The notes: generated by a model not told the origin, from the letters alone. A DNA stretch of 64,000 bases from Candidatus Marsarchaeota archaeon (GCA_023476545.1 JAMCYP010000014.1:2297-66296), one strand, 5' to 3'. Counted from the first letter of the stretch, positions 21,377-31,365 are shown. Program-made: numbers and translations.

Positions 21377-21734
21377 GAGAAACGAGATCACGCAGAAGAT
21401 CAGCGCAATGAAGGCGCAGGGCTACTCGTATCTCATCAAGATAACGGCTGTCGATTATGAGAAGTACATAGAGATAGTGTACATGCTCAGAAACATGGAG
21501 CAGAACAAGGACGAGACGCTGGAGGTTGACGTGGATCCGTCAGATGCGTGGATACCGACCGTAATTGACCAGTTTGACGCGGCGGACTGGTACGAGAGAG
21601 AGCTCTTCGAGATGTTCGGGGTGCAGGTCAAGGGCAGGCACGTGGAAAGGCTGCTGCTTGAGAAGTGGGACGGGAAGCCTGCTCCGCTCAGAAAGAACTT
21701 CGTATGGAACGGACCGTACGAGACTGGTAGTTGA
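21354..21734 (+). CDS. nuoC: NADH-quinone oxidoreductase-like subunit C
   Basis: ITAVDY, ADWYERELFEMFG, PLRKNF. Confidence 0.96.
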   Translation: MVERLKIERNEITQKISAMKAQGYSYLIKITAVDYEKYIEIVYMLRNMEQNKDETLEVDVDPSDAWIPTVIDQFDAADWYERELFEMFGVQVKGRHVERLLLEKWDGKPAPLRKNFVWNGPYETGS

Positions 21735-21735
21735 G

Positions 21736-22827
21736 ATGGTTACTAGAATCAACATAGGACCTGTGCACCCGAGCACTCACGGAGTGCTTCGCCTTGTGGC
21801 AGACATAGACGGCGACACCGTGGTCAACCTCGAGCCGCACATCGGTTTCCTGCACAGGGGTGTCGAGAAGCTCGTGGAGACCAGAATGTACATGCAGAAT
21901 CCTCCGTACATGGAGAAGCTGGACTACGTGGCCCCCATGTCGTACGACGAGGCATACGTGGCTACGGTCGAGAAGGCGATGGGCGTGGAGGTGAAGGAGA
22001 GGGCGCAGTGGGTGCGTACCATACTGCTTGAGCTGCAGAGGATAGCAAGCCACCTGCTCTGGCTCGGCACGATGGCAAACGACGTGGGCCAGTTCTTCAC
22101 CGTGTTCATGTGGACGTTCACCGACAGGGACAGGATACTGCGCCTCCTTGAAGAGGCGTCGGGAGCAAGGATGTTCTACGTCAACATGAGGATTGGAGGC
22201 CTGATACGCGACCTGCCTCCCGGATTCGACGAACGCGCACGCGAAGTGCTTAGCTATATTGAAAAGAAGATGAAGAAGTACGAGGACTTTCTGGAGAAGG
22301 ACCCGCTCTTCACTGAAAGGATGAAGGGCGTGGGGGTGCTGAGCCGGGAGAGGGCCATAGCGCTGGGGGTCACTGGCCCTGTGCTTAGGGCGTCTGGGAT
22401 AAACTATGACGTAAGGAAGGACAACCCATACTATGTGTACGACAAGCTTGGCTTCCAGACACAGGTAAGGAGCGATGGGGACTGCTTTGCGAGGTACAAG
22501 GTCAGGATGCTTGAGATGACTGAGAGCATCAGGCTCGTTAGAGCCGCGCTGGACAAGATTCCAGAGGGAGATGCGCTTGGAATGCCCGTGAAGCTCATAC
22601 TGCCGAGCGCGAAGAACAGGATGGTGACGCTCAGCAGGGAGCTCCCGCGGGGCGAGTGCCTCATGTATATGGTGGCAGACTCGCAGAGGCCGTATAGGCT
22701 GTCTATTCGCTCGCCCACTTTCATCAACCTCGCCGCGCTGAAGGAGATGTCGAGGGGCTGCAAGACCGCGGACATATTCGCCATAAGCGGCAGCCTGGAT
22801 CTCATAATGGGAGATGTGGACAGGTGA
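21736..22827 (+). CDS. nuoD: NADH-quinone oxidoreductase-like subunit D
   Basis: GPVHPSTHGVLR, GFLHRGVEK, C-terminal GDVDR; no NiFe CxxC motifs; start at ATG 21736. Confidence 0.98.
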   Translation: MVTRINIGPVHPSTHGVLRLVADIDGDTVVNLEPHIGFLHRGVEKLVETRMYMQNPPYMEKLDYVAPMSYDEAYVATVEKAMGVEVKERAQWVRTILLELQRIASHLLWLGTMANDVGQFFTVFMWTFTDRDRILRLLEEASGARMFYVNMRIGGLIRDLPPGFDERAREVLSYIEKKMKKYEDFLEKDPLFTERMKGVGVLSRERAIALGVTGPVLRASGINYDVRKDNPYYVYDKLGFQTQVRSDGDCFARYKVRMLEMTESIRLVRAALDKIPEGDALGMPVKLILPSAKNRMVTLSRELPRGECLMYMVADSQRPYRLSIRSPTFINLAALKEMSRGCKTADIFAISGSLDLIMGDVDR

Positions 22828-22828
22828 G

Positions 22829-23827
22829 ATGGTGCCGATACTCTCTTTGGCTTCAAGCTACCTGAACCTGACAGGAACCGCCGCAACCATAGTCGACACG
22901 CTCGTGTACGCCATAGCCGTGTCCGTACTGATAATAGCCTTTGATTACATCTTCGGGTGGCTGGAACGCAAGACGATAGCAAAGATACAGCGAAGGCACG
23001 GACCAACGTATGCCGGAAAGTACGGACTGCTGCAGAACATGGCTGATTTCGTGAAGTTGCTCGCTAAGGAGCACGTAGCCCCAAAGAGGGCCGACAAGCT
23101 GCTGTTCCTGAGCACTATACCCACGATGCTTGCCCTGACCATCTTTCTGGTTTTCCTGATCCCGCTCGCCCCAACGCTGATCGAGACAAACGTAGGCCTC
23201 GGACTGCTGGTTGTCTTCGTGCTTCTCTCGTTCATGCCGTTGATAATATTCGCAAACGGTTTCGGGAGCGGAAACAAGTTTGCTGCGATAAGCGCCCAGC
23301 GTTCCGTGGTGATGCTGCTCAGTTACGAGGTGCCTCTCATCTTCGTCATAGCAGCGGTTGGCGCGCTGGGAGGAAGCTACAGCCTTGCGGGGCTCGTAGG
23401 AGCTCAGAACCCGTGGTGGTTCGTAGTGCTCATGCCGATAGGTTTCGTCGTGTTCTTCATAGCGATGCTGGCTGAGGTCGAGAGGCCTCCATTCGACATA
23501 CGGGAGGCTGACAACGAGCTCATAGCTGGTTGGCTTACTGATGTGAGCGCACCCTATTACACCCTCGCGCTCTTTCTCGATTACAGCCGCATGCTCCTCG
23601 GCAGCCTGCTCATAGCAATACTCTTCTTCGGAGGATGGAGCGGCCCTCTGCTGCCGCCTTTCGTATGGCTGCTGCTGAAGGCTTTCGTGATAAGCTTCTT
23701 CATAATGATAATCAGGGCCACGATGGTGCGTATGAGGATAGACAGGTTGCTGCGTTTCGGATGGGCGCTCCTGCTGCCGTTATCTCTGATTAATTTAATA
23801 CTTACCTATCTAGTATTTATCAGGTGA
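22829..23827 (+). CDS. nuoH: NADH-quinone oxidoreductase-like subunit H
   Basis: ERKTIAKIQRRHGP, ADFVKLLAKE, ERPPFDIREADNEL, RMRIDR. Confidence 0.97.
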   Translation: MVPILSLASSYLNLTGTAATIVDTLVYAIAVSVLIIAFDYIFGWLERKTIAKIQRRHGPTYAGKYGLLQNMADFVKLLAKEHVAPKRADKLLFLSTIPTMLALTIFLVFLIPLAPTLIETNVGLGLLVVFVLLSFMPLIIFANGFGSGNKFAAISAQRSVVMLLSYEVPLIFVIAAVGALGGSYSLAGLVGAQNPWWFVVLMPIGFVVFFIAMLAEVERPPFDIREADNELIAGWLTDVSAPYYTLALFLDYSRMLLGSLLIAILFFGGWSGPLLPPFVWLLLKAFVISFFIMIIRATMVRMRIDRLLRFGWALLLPLSLINLILTYLVFIR

Positions 23828-23831
23828 CCCA

Positions 23832-24197
23832 ATGGTTTTGAAACCGCTGCTTGAAAGCATAAAGAGTCTGGGAGAAGAGAGGTTCACCGTTGAGTTTCCC
23901 GAGACCAGGGAGGCCCTCGACGACCGCGAGAGGTACCTGTTCAGACTGGACATGGACACATGCATAAGCTGTTCAGCGTGCGAACGCATCTGCCCGAACA
24001 AGACAATAACCATGGTGGAGGTCATAACCGCGCGTGGGCCGAAGGTCATGCCCCAGATAGGGATAGAACGCTGCCTCTTCTGCGGGCTCTGCGAGGAGGT
24101 CTGCCCTCCCAAATGCCTGACTCTCACGAAAGGCTATGAGTTCGAGGAGTACGACAAGAGGAAGTTCATCAGGAGGCCCGAGGAACTGCAGGGATAG
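23832..24197 (+). CDS. nuoI: NADH-quinone oxidoreductase-like subunit I (2x[4Fe-4S])
   Basis: CISCSACERICP and CLFCGLCEEVCP. Confidence 0.97.
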   Translation: MVLKPLLESIKSLGEERFTVEFPETREALDDRERYLFRLDMDTCISCSACERICPNKTITMVEVITARGPKVMPQIGIERCLFCGLCEEVCPPKCLTLTKGYEFEEYDKRKFIRRPEELQG

Positions 24198-24200
24198 GCG

Positions 24201-24674
24201 ATGCCTTTCGACCTCATATCAGCAGTCGTTGCCGCCATAACCGTAATATCAGGAACCACACTCTTCCTCCAGGGGAGGCTTACACGGTCCGTAATCTTAC
24301 TTGCGATGGCCGCGGTCGGCAGCTCTCTCATCTTTCTCTATCTTGGGCAGACCCTAGTCGCGCTGCTGCAGCTGCTCGTGTTCGTCGGTGGTCTGTCTAC
24401 ATACCTCATCGTAGCCATTGCGGCTGAGGAGAAGAGAGCGAGTATGCGCAGCGGAGTCGCGTTCGCTGTGGCCGCTGTGCTTATCTCGGCGGGGCTGCTG
24501 CTTGCGCTGGCGGGGCTCCCCGAGGCTCAGCCCTTAGGAAACAGCTTCTCTGCTGCGGCCGAGACGGCGTTCTCGAGCTCATACGGCCTGCTGTTCGTAT
24601 CGGCGTTCCTGCTGTTCGCCACAGCGATAGGCAGCGTGGTTGTCATAAAGAGGTTTGCAAAGCTGGTGGTCTGA
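24201..24674 (+). CDS. nuoJ: NADH-quinone oxidoreductase-like subunit J
   Basis: Hydrophobic; ALLQLLVFVGG motif; operon position. Confidence 0.92.
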   Translation: MPFDLISAVVAAITVISGTTLFLQGRLTRSVILLAMAAVGSSLIFLYLGQTLVALLQLLVFVGGLSTYLIVAIAAEEKRASMRSGVAFAVAAVLISAGLLLALAGLPEAQPLGNSFSAAAETAFSSSYGLLFVSAFLLFATAIGSVVVIKRFAKLVV

Positions 24675-24976
24675 TGATAAGTCTCCTGATAGTTGCCGCG
24701 GTTGTCCTTCTTGCTGTAGCGCTAGCCGGCATAATCTCCGACAGGCATTTCGTGGTGATAATGCTGGCCGTAGAGCTCATGCTTATCGCAAGCAGCATCC
24801 TGCTGGTATACTTCTTCGCCTCGGCGCAGGACCCTGGATCTTCCGCTGTCACGATGATAATCGCCATATGGACCGTGGCCGCAGTAGAGGTGATAACGCT
24901 CATAACGTTCTACGTGTTCATGAAATCCAGAGGCTTCGACTTCGATGTCACGAGGCTCTCGAAACTAAAGTGGTAG
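24674..24976 (+). CDS. nuoK: NADH-quinone oxidoreductase-like subunit K
   Basis: LAVELML and VAAVEV conserved Glu motifs. Confidence 0.94.
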   Translation: MISLLIVAAVVLLAVALAGIISDRHFVVIMLAVELMLIASSILLVYFFASAQDPGSSAVTMIIAIWTVAAVEVITLITFYVFMKSRGFDFDVTRLSKLKW

Positions 24977-24977
24977 C

Positions 24978-26732
24978 TTGACGCCTTTCATAATACTTGT
25001 TCCTTTGCTCGTTGCGATATTCGCAATAGCGCTGGACAGGAGCTACAGCAGGGCAAAATACGTTGCCGCTGCGGCAGCCCTTCTCAGCCTGGCACTATTT
25101 CCATTGGTGGGCAGCGGAACCCAGAGCACCAGCTGGTTCTCCGTGGGCAGTACGTCAATTACGCTGACAACATCCGTGCAACCGCTGAACTCGCTGCTGC
25201 TGCTTGTGGTAATGGCGATAGGCGTACTCATAATGGTGTACTCTTGGGGGTACATGAACCTGCCGAGCGAGCAGAAACGCTACTACATAGAGATGCTTGC
25301 GTTCGAGGCGGCGATGCTGACGTTCGCGATGGCCGGAGACTTCATAGTGCTGTTCATAGCATGGAGCTTCCTCAGCATGACGAGCTACCTCCTGATCGGG
25401 TTCTGGAGTAACAGGGAGAGGGCCACTGCGGCCGCAAGGAAGGCGATCACCGTGGTGCTGATAGGAGACATTGCGCTTCTGGCATCGATAGTCATGTTCC
25501 AGAACATCTTCGGAAGCCTTCAGTTCAGCGTAATACTCTCGGGAATAGGAGGAAACCCAGTAGCCGCTCTTCCGGTGGCGCTTCTCTTCGTAGCGGTGAT
25601 GGCAAAGTCTGCGCAGTTTCCACTGCAGGAATGGCTGGCTGACGCAATGGAAGGCCCAACTCCTGTGTCGGCGTACCTGCACAGCAGCACGATGGTAAAG
25701 GCAGGAGTCTTCATAGTGCTCGTGCTCTTCCCGCTCTTCCAGGCAGCAGGCCTGCTGCAGGCGATACTTGTAATAGGGGCCATAACAGTCTCTATTGCGA
25801 TCTTTGCCGCTGCTACAGAGAACCACGTAAAGCGTGTGCTTGCCTACTCTACTGTGGAAGAACTGGGACTTATGCTTGTGGCGATAGCCAGCAACGCGCT
25901 CCTTGCGGCAATTTACTTCTTCTTCGTGCAGAGCTTCTACAAGGCGCTCCTGTTCTTCAGCGCTGGCGCCTCAATGAAGGCCACCGACAGCGAGAATCTT
26001 GACGAGATAAAGGGAATGAGCAGCAACAAGCTCCTCCTCATAACCACCGTCTTCGGGGTGCTTGCTCTTGCAGGATTTGTCCCGTTCGGGGGATTCTTTG
26101 CGGATGTGGGCCTTGACTATGCCTTCTCCACAAACCTGGTTACGTACGCACTAATATCCCTGGTCAGCCTGACCACCAGCTTCTTCATATTCAGGTGGTT
26201 CTTCCTGCAGGCCAGGAAAGGCGCGAACAGGCAAGCTCAGCTCAACTACTCGGCCACGCCACGAAGTATGAGCTACAGCATGGCGATTCTTGCCGTAGCC
26301 GCACTAGCGTCAAGCGCGGTCTTCTTCTTCGTATCAGGGATATTCACAGGCGAGGGCGGGCTTCCGATAGGCTCCAGCCTTACGATGAGCGATGCGGTGA
26401 TAGAGACCGCGCTGGTTGCGATTGGCGCTGCAATAGGGTTCTTCCTCTATCTGAGGAAGAGGAAGACTGCACAGCCAAACCGGCTTACGCGCCCAGCCTA
26501 CACCGCGCGCGCGGTTAATGCTGCGTACTTCCACTTTGCAGGGTTTGTAGAGGCGATCGCAGAGGCAATGGATTACACTGATATGAAGATAAACGGAGCG
26601 TTTGACTGGGTAGGCCACTTCACGATTGGGATTGCAAGAGGGGCAAGAAGGTTCGCGAGCGGAAGCATAAACGCATATGTGGCGCTCTTTGCGATAGGGA
26701 TGGTGGTTCTGGTCATAGTGGTGGTCATCTGA
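24978..26732 (+). CDS. nuoL: NADH-quinone oxidoreductase-like subunit L
   Basis: AKSAQFPLQEWLADAMEGPTPVSAYLHSSTMV. Confidence 0.96.
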   Translation: MTPFIILVPLLVAIFAIALDRSYSRAKYVAAAAALLSLALFPLVGSGTQSTSWFSVGSTSITLTTSVQPLNSLLLLVVMAIGVLIMVYSWGYMNLPSEQKRYYIEMLAFEAAMLTFAMAGDFIVLFIAWSFLSMTSYLLIGFWSNRERATAAARKAITVVLIGDIALLASIVMFQNIFGSLQFSVILSGIGGNPVAALPVALLFVAVMAKSAQFPLQEWLADAMEGPTPVSAYLHSSTMVKAGVFIVLVLFPLFQAAGLLQAILVIGAITVSIAIFAAATENHVKRVLAYSTVEELGLMLVAIASNALLAAIYFFFVQSFYKALLFFSAGASMKATDSENLDEIKGMSSNKLLLITTVFGVLALAGFVPFGGFFADVGLDYAFSTNLVTYALISLVSLTTSFFIFRWFFLQARKGANRQAQLNYSATPRSMSYSMAILAVAALASSAVFFFVSGIFTGEGGLPIGSSLTMSDAVIETALVAIGAAIGFFLYLRKRKTAQPNRLTRPAYTARAVNAAYFHFAGFVEAIAEAMDYTDMKINGAFDWVGHFTIGIARGARRFASGSINAYVALFAIGMVVLVIVVVI

Positions 26733-28102
26733 TGCTGGAAGTCTATGCGCTTGGAGCCATGCTAGCGGCCCTTGCGATAGGCAACGTGCTGCTTAGCGCA
26801 GCAGGAAGGAAGCTTTGGCAGCTGGCTTTCAACGTTGTGGTGCTGGGCGCGCTAATCCCGGTAAGTTATCTCCTGCTGGATAGCAACTCCGTCTACTTCG
26901 GAATCACTCTGATAAGCCAGTTCTCTGCGTTCTTCTTCATCCTCTTTGCAGCATCGATGCTACTTCTCAACCTCCTCGCCTATTCGAGGGCGAAAGGCTA
27001 CGGCAACTTCGCCCTGCTCGCGTCGTTCGGGATGGTCGGGATGTATACTGTAGTGTCATCGACGTCGCTGATAGGCATCTTCCTGGGACTCGAACTCATG
27101 AGCATACCCAGCGCGTTCATAGTGCTGCTGTCCAAGAGGGACAGCATCGAAGCCGCGACCAAGCTTTTCATAATGGCCTCGATAGCCATAGCGTTTATCT
27201 CGTTCGCGATCGTGCTGGTCTACGGAGCGGTAAACTCGCTAACGCTGACAGGAGCGCAGCAGAGCGGCGTCATGTACTTCGCTCTCGCTCTGTTCATAGC
27301 ATCCCTGGGGTTTGAGGCGTCTGTGTTCCCGTTCAACGTGCTGCTTCCTGACGTATACCAGGGATCCGCAGGTTACGCTACAGCGATGCTTGGAGGCCTC
27401 AACAAAAAGGTGGGATTGGTTGCGCTTATGCAGGTGCTCGTGCTGATATTCATCGCCTTCCATCTCGCGTTCGTCATTGTTGCGGCTCTTGCGGTGCTGA
27501 CTATGTTCTACGGAAACCTCGTAGCGCTTATGCAGACGAATTTGAAGAGGTTGCTCGCCTATTCCTCGATATCGCAGGCAGGCTACATACTTATCGGGAT
27601 TGCGGTCGCGACGGATGCCGGGCTGGGCGCCAGCATCTTCCAGATTTTCGCTCATGCGTTCCTGTTCATAGGCGCAATGGCCATTGTTTCGTGGCTGGAG
27701 AGCAGGGGCAGGGAAGACATCAATGGGCTGCTCGGACTTTACAAGGAGAACAGGTTTGCGGCCATAGCGCTGACCGTGTTCATGCTCTCATTTGCAGGGC
27801 TGCCGTTCACCACGGGCTTCGTCGGAAAGTTCCTGATCTTCCTGAGCGCGGTGAACAACAACCTAGTATGGCTCGCGGCTCTCGGAGTAGTAAACAGCGT
27901 TATCTCGATCTTCTACTACGCCAAGGCCATTACTGCGATCTACACGAACAAGTATGGAGCCTACCACCTTAAGCTAGACATACCCACGCTTGCCGTTGTG
28001 ACGGTCTGCCTTGCTGTAACGATAATCATAGGAGTATACCCTCAGCCAGTCATACAGCTTGCAACTGGAGCAGGGAGTGCCCTGCTGGCCGGTCTGCCGT
28101 GA
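26732..28102 (+). CDS. nuoN: NADH-quinone oxidoreductase-like subunit N
   Basis: LGLELMS, EAATK, PDVYQG, KRLLAYSSISQAGY, GFVGKF. Confidence 0.95.
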   Translation: MLEVYALGAMLAALAIGNVLLSAAGRKLWQLAFNVVVLGALIPVSYLLLDSNSVYFGITLISQFSAFFFILFAASMLLLNLLAYSRAKGYGNFALLASFGMVGMYTVVSSTSLIGIFLGLELMSIPSAFIVLLSKRDSIEAATKLFIMASIAIAFISFAIVLVYGAVNSLTLTGAQQSGVMYFALALFIASLGFEASVFPFNVLLPDVYQGSAGYATAMLGGLNKKVGLVALMQVLVLIFIAFHLAFVIVAALAVLTMFYGNLVALMQTNLKRLLAYSSISQAGYILIGIAVATDAGLGASIFQIFAHAFLFIGAMAIVSWLESRGREDINGLLGLYKENRFAAIALTVFMLSFAGLPFTTGFVGKFLIFLSAVNNNLVWLAALGVVNSVISIFYYAKAITAIYTNKYGAYHLKLDIPTLAVVTVCLAVTIIIGVYPQPVIQLATGAGSALLAGLP

Positions 28103-30886
28103 CTAGCGCTTGCCGTACCTGCTGAAGAACGCAAGATACCTGCCCAGCACCATCGCTGGCGCAGACGGCCTCGCCTTCTGGATCAGCACCATTATGTCTC
28201 CAAGCTTTATGTTCAGCTCGTTGCCGGATATCAGGCTTGCTTCCAGCGTGTTAAGCTTTACCTGCCTGCATATGTTTGCTATGTCTGCTCCTGTGTATCC
28301 TTCTGTAGAAGCGGCAAGCTTGGCGAAGTCCACGTCCACGTCCAGAGGTGCCTTCTCGAGGTTCAGCTCGAAGATCTTAGCCCTGTCCTCAGCGCCGGGA
28401 GGCGGCATAAAGATGAGCCTGTCAAACCTGCCCGAACGGAGTATGGCAGGATCCAGCGCATCGGGCCTGTTTGTCGCTGCTACTACCACAACCCCAGTGG
28501 TGTCCTTTATCTTGTCGAACTCCTCCAGGAACTCTCCAGCCAGCTGCAGGCCGTTCTGGTGCGCCGTGTCACGGGAAGGGACTATCGCATCTATCTCGTC
28601 CACGAAGACTATCGCGGGCGCGTTCTCCTTGGCGCGGTCGAATATCTCCTTTACGGCAGCGGTGGCCTGGCTGGGCCCGTACTTCGATATGTCATAGCCT
28701 GATATGGAAAGCACGTGCACGTCTCCTATCTCGTTGGCCACAGCCTGCATGAGCATCGTCTTGCCGGTACCGGGAGGGCCGAATAGGAGTATGCCCTTTA
28801 TGTTTCCTATGTCATACTTCTTGAGAAGCTCTGGATGCAGTATGGGCACCTCTACTGCTTCGTGAAGCGCAGTCTTCGCGTCTTCGGCGTCGACAACGTC
28901 ATCAAGGGTTATCCTCTTCTCGTCCTCCACCTTGCTCTCAGGGTGCATCCTCCTCTCATAGTCTAGCCTGAATGTGTTGTACTCCTCTAGCTGGGCGAGC
29001 GATGTTGACGGTTTCGTGCCCTTGATCACGTGCACCAGGTCTGACATTTTTATCGCCAGCACCTCACGTTTTGATACTGCCTTGTCTCCAACCTGCCTGC
29101 TGACCTCCTCGCAGATGTTCTTTATGTCTGCAGCAGAGAACCTGTTCGTGAGGCTCGCGAGCTTCGGATAGTCAATGTCCTTGGCGATGGGAAGGTTTGT
29201 GAGATAGTGCTGGAAGATCTTCTGCCTGCCGGGCTGGTCCGGCAGCGGCATGAAAAGTATCTTGTCGAACCTTCCTGGTCTGAGGATGGCGGGATCGAGC
29301 AGCTGCGGCACGTTTGTGGCTCCCACGATGGCAACGTCCGATACTGCCTTGAAGCCGTCCATCTCGCTGAGCAGCGTGGTTATGAGCTCCATCCTTCCGC
29401 CGCTGTCCTGCCTGTCCCTCCTGCCCGCGATGCTGTCTATCTCGTCGAAGAAGAGGACGCATGGCGCATGCTTCTTCGCGGTTATGAATATCTTCGACAG
29501 CGCCTGCGAGCCTTCGCCGGCGTACGGGGAGAGAAGCGACGAGGCGCTAACGTAGAAGAATCCGGCGCGGATCTCGTTAGCCAGAGCCCTCATTATTAGC
29601 GTCTTTCCAGTTCCTGGAGGGCCGAACAGCAGTATTCCCTTGGCTGGCTTGACGTTGTACGCTCCAGATATCTCCCTGTGCTCTATGGGGCCGAGTATAG
29701 CCTCCTTCAGCTCCTGCTTCGTCTCGTCGTAGTTGGCCACATCGGCCAGAGTCTCTGAGGTACCGGTGGTGAGGTCTTGCAGGGCCACTCCGAACTTTCC
29801 AAGTATGTCGCGCTTCATCACATCGAGCGCCTGCACCACCTCTATGTCCATAGATTCGAGGGCGAAAAGGAGCACGGGGGTCGCGATGAAGCTGACCAGC
29901 ACCAGTAGGTTGAAGTCCATTCCTTGCATTCTTGCAAAGATAAATGCGGATACCGGAATGACGACGCCGAACAGGCTGGCGATGGCTCCTTTGTATGGCG
30001 AGCGGCTCTTGATCGCGTAGTTGGCTACGCTGAACGCCACGAATATCCACACGATTAGCTGCAGCAGCGTGTACTGGATGTCATAGGCAATGGCAGCTCC
30101 GGCATAGAAGAACGCGTTGAACAGGTTGCTGACCACCTCCGTGCTGACGAACGTGCCAAGAGACGATGAGAGGGCGCTGAAGAAGTTGCCTATGCTGGCC
30201 GCAGGCTTGGTAACCGCGAGGTACTGCTCAAGAGGATGCCCTTGGATCAGCGCGTGGCCCTGGAGCGAGTTGTAGATTATCGGGGAGGCAACAGGCACGT
30301 TGGCCAGGTTCGAGACCATCGCCACTATCAAAATCACCAAAACGCCTATCACTGCGCTCCTTCTGAAGCCGAGGACAAGCACCGCCAGGATGAATCCAGG
30401 AATCTCAAACATCAGCCCCAGGTAAGAGAGGGGGAGCGATGCCAGAGCATAGGCGTACGCTATCGACCTGTAGTGTTTGTACCCAAGGAAGAGCGATGCG
30501 CTTATTATCAGAGTGACTATCCATGCGAGCAACGGTGCCTGGTATATGATCATCGGCAGGGTAAGCAGCAGCAGCCCCATCAGCCCGACCGCGGGTATGA
30601 GATAGGTAAGCGCGAAGACGGTTACGGCAAGAGCAATGAAGACAGGAAGCGGGAAGAAGGGAAAAGCTATGCCAAGGCTGAGGAAGGCGAACGTCGTGGC
30701 TATGGAATCGTGGAAGTTCTTGTTGGCCATTATCTGCTTCAGGAAGTCCTTCAGCCAGTAAACTGAGAGAGGCAACCGTATTCGCATGCGTGATGGCGAG
30801 TCATCGTCATTCTGAGCGTAGCTGTGCTGCTGCGCACCGCCTCCCCTCTTCGTGCCCCCGCTCCTCGGCATAACCTTTACTCTCAT
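28103..30886 (-). CDS. Polytopic membrane protein fused to a tandem (Cdc48/VCP-like) AAA+ ATPase
   Basis: About 290-aa multi-TM region, then two modules each with GPPGTGKT, DEID and a second region of homology (RPGRFD / RSGRFD). Confidence 0.9.
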   Translation of the reverse strand: MRVKVMPRSGGTKRGGGAQQHSYAQNDDDSPSRMRIRLPLSVYWLKDFLKQIMANKNFHDSIATTFAFLSLGIAFPFFPLPVFIALAVTVFALTYLIPAVGLMGLLLLTLPMIIYQAPLLAWIVTLIISASLFLGYKHYRSIAYAYALASLPLSYLGLMFEIPGFILAVLVLGFRRSAVIGVLVILIVAMVSNLANVPVASPIIYNSLQGHALIQGHPLEQYLAVTKPAASIGNFFSALSSSLGTFVSTEVVSNLFNAFFYAGAAIAYDIQYTLLQLIVWIFVAFSVANYAIKSRSPYKGAIASLFGVVIPVSAFIFARMQGMDFNLLVLVSFIATPVLLFALESMDIEVVQALDVMKRDILGKFGVALQDLTTGTSETLADVANYDETKQELKEAILGPIEHREISGAYNVKPAKGILLFGPPGTGKTLIMRALANEIRAGFFYVSASSLLSPYAGEGSQALSKIFITAKKHAPCVLFFDEIDSIAGRRDRQDSGGRMELITTLLSEMDGFKAVSDVAIVGATNVPQLLDPAILRPGRFDKILFMPLPDQPGRQKIFQHYLTNLPIAKDIDYPKLASLTNRFSAADIKNICEEVSRQVGDKAVSKREVLAIKMSDLVHVIKGTKPSTSLAQLEEYNTFRLDYERRMHPESKVEDEKRITLDDVVDAEDAKTALHEAVEVPILHPELLKKYDIGNIKGILLFGPPGTGKTMLMQAVANEIGDVHVLSISGYDISKYGPSQATAAVKEIFDRAKENAPAIVFVDEIDAIVPSRDTAHQNGLQLAGEFLEEFDKIKDTTGVVVVAATNRPDALDPAILRSGRFDRLIFMPPPGAEDRAKIFELNLEKAPLDVDVDFAKLAASTEGYTGADIANICRQVKLNTLEASLISGNELNIKLGDIMVLIQKARPSAPAMVLGRYLAFFSRYGKR

Positions 30887-30929
30887 ATGGCTATATTATT
30901 AATATTGGCTAATTGCTATAATTATGTTT

Positions 30930-31029
30930 CCCGCAGTAGCTCAACGGCAGAGCGCTCGCCTGTAGTTTTTGACTGCTTCTATCAAGAGAAGAAAGCGAGA
31001 TGTTGCTGGTTCAAATCCGGCCTGCGGGA
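30930..31029 (+). tRNA. tRNA-Tyr (GUA) with a 28-nt intron at 37/38 (30966-30993)
   Basis: C1-G72 acceptor CCCGCAG/CTGCGGG+A, anticodon stem CTCGC/GCGAG, CT-GTA-G|intron|A, T loop TTCAAAT; BHB-like pairing. Confidence 0.92.
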
Positions 31030-31055
31030 CTCACAGGACCAATAGCGGCGACCAG

Positions 31056-31313
31056 ATGGCAGACGTTGCGTCTTTGCTCGGATACGGGGCTGGAATCCTA
31101 ATAACAGTAGCGTATGTGCCGCAGGTTGTACGCGCATATCGCAGCAAGTCCACCAAGGACCTATCTAAACTGTGGCTCGTGATACTGGTAGTCGGCGACC
31201 TGGCATGGCTTGCGTATGGAGTTGCGCTTGCTTCTCTGCCACTCATTGCGTCGAACGGAGTTCTTCTTGTCCTCACCGCAGCACTGCTTGCGATGAAGCT
31301 CAGGTACGGCTGA
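31056..31313 (+). CDS. SemiSWEET/PQ-loop transporter
   Basis: AYVPQVVRAYRSKSTKDLS, WLAYG, PLIASN; 3 TMs. Confidence 0.92.
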   Translation: MADVASLLGYGAGILITVAYVPQVVRAYRSKSTKDLSKLWLVILVVGDLAWLAYGVALASLPLIASNGVLLVLTAALLAMKLRYG

Positions 31314-31365
31314 AAGGCGGACAGCAAATTAACACTTATAAACCTAGAACGAGAACTCATACTGC

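Noticed and set aside
20302..28102. Group 4 [NiFe]-hydrogenase interpretation of the nuo cluster
   Set aside because: The D subunit has no CxxC NiFe ligands and keeps quinone-site motifs (HPSTHG, LDY); NuoB has the tandem CC.
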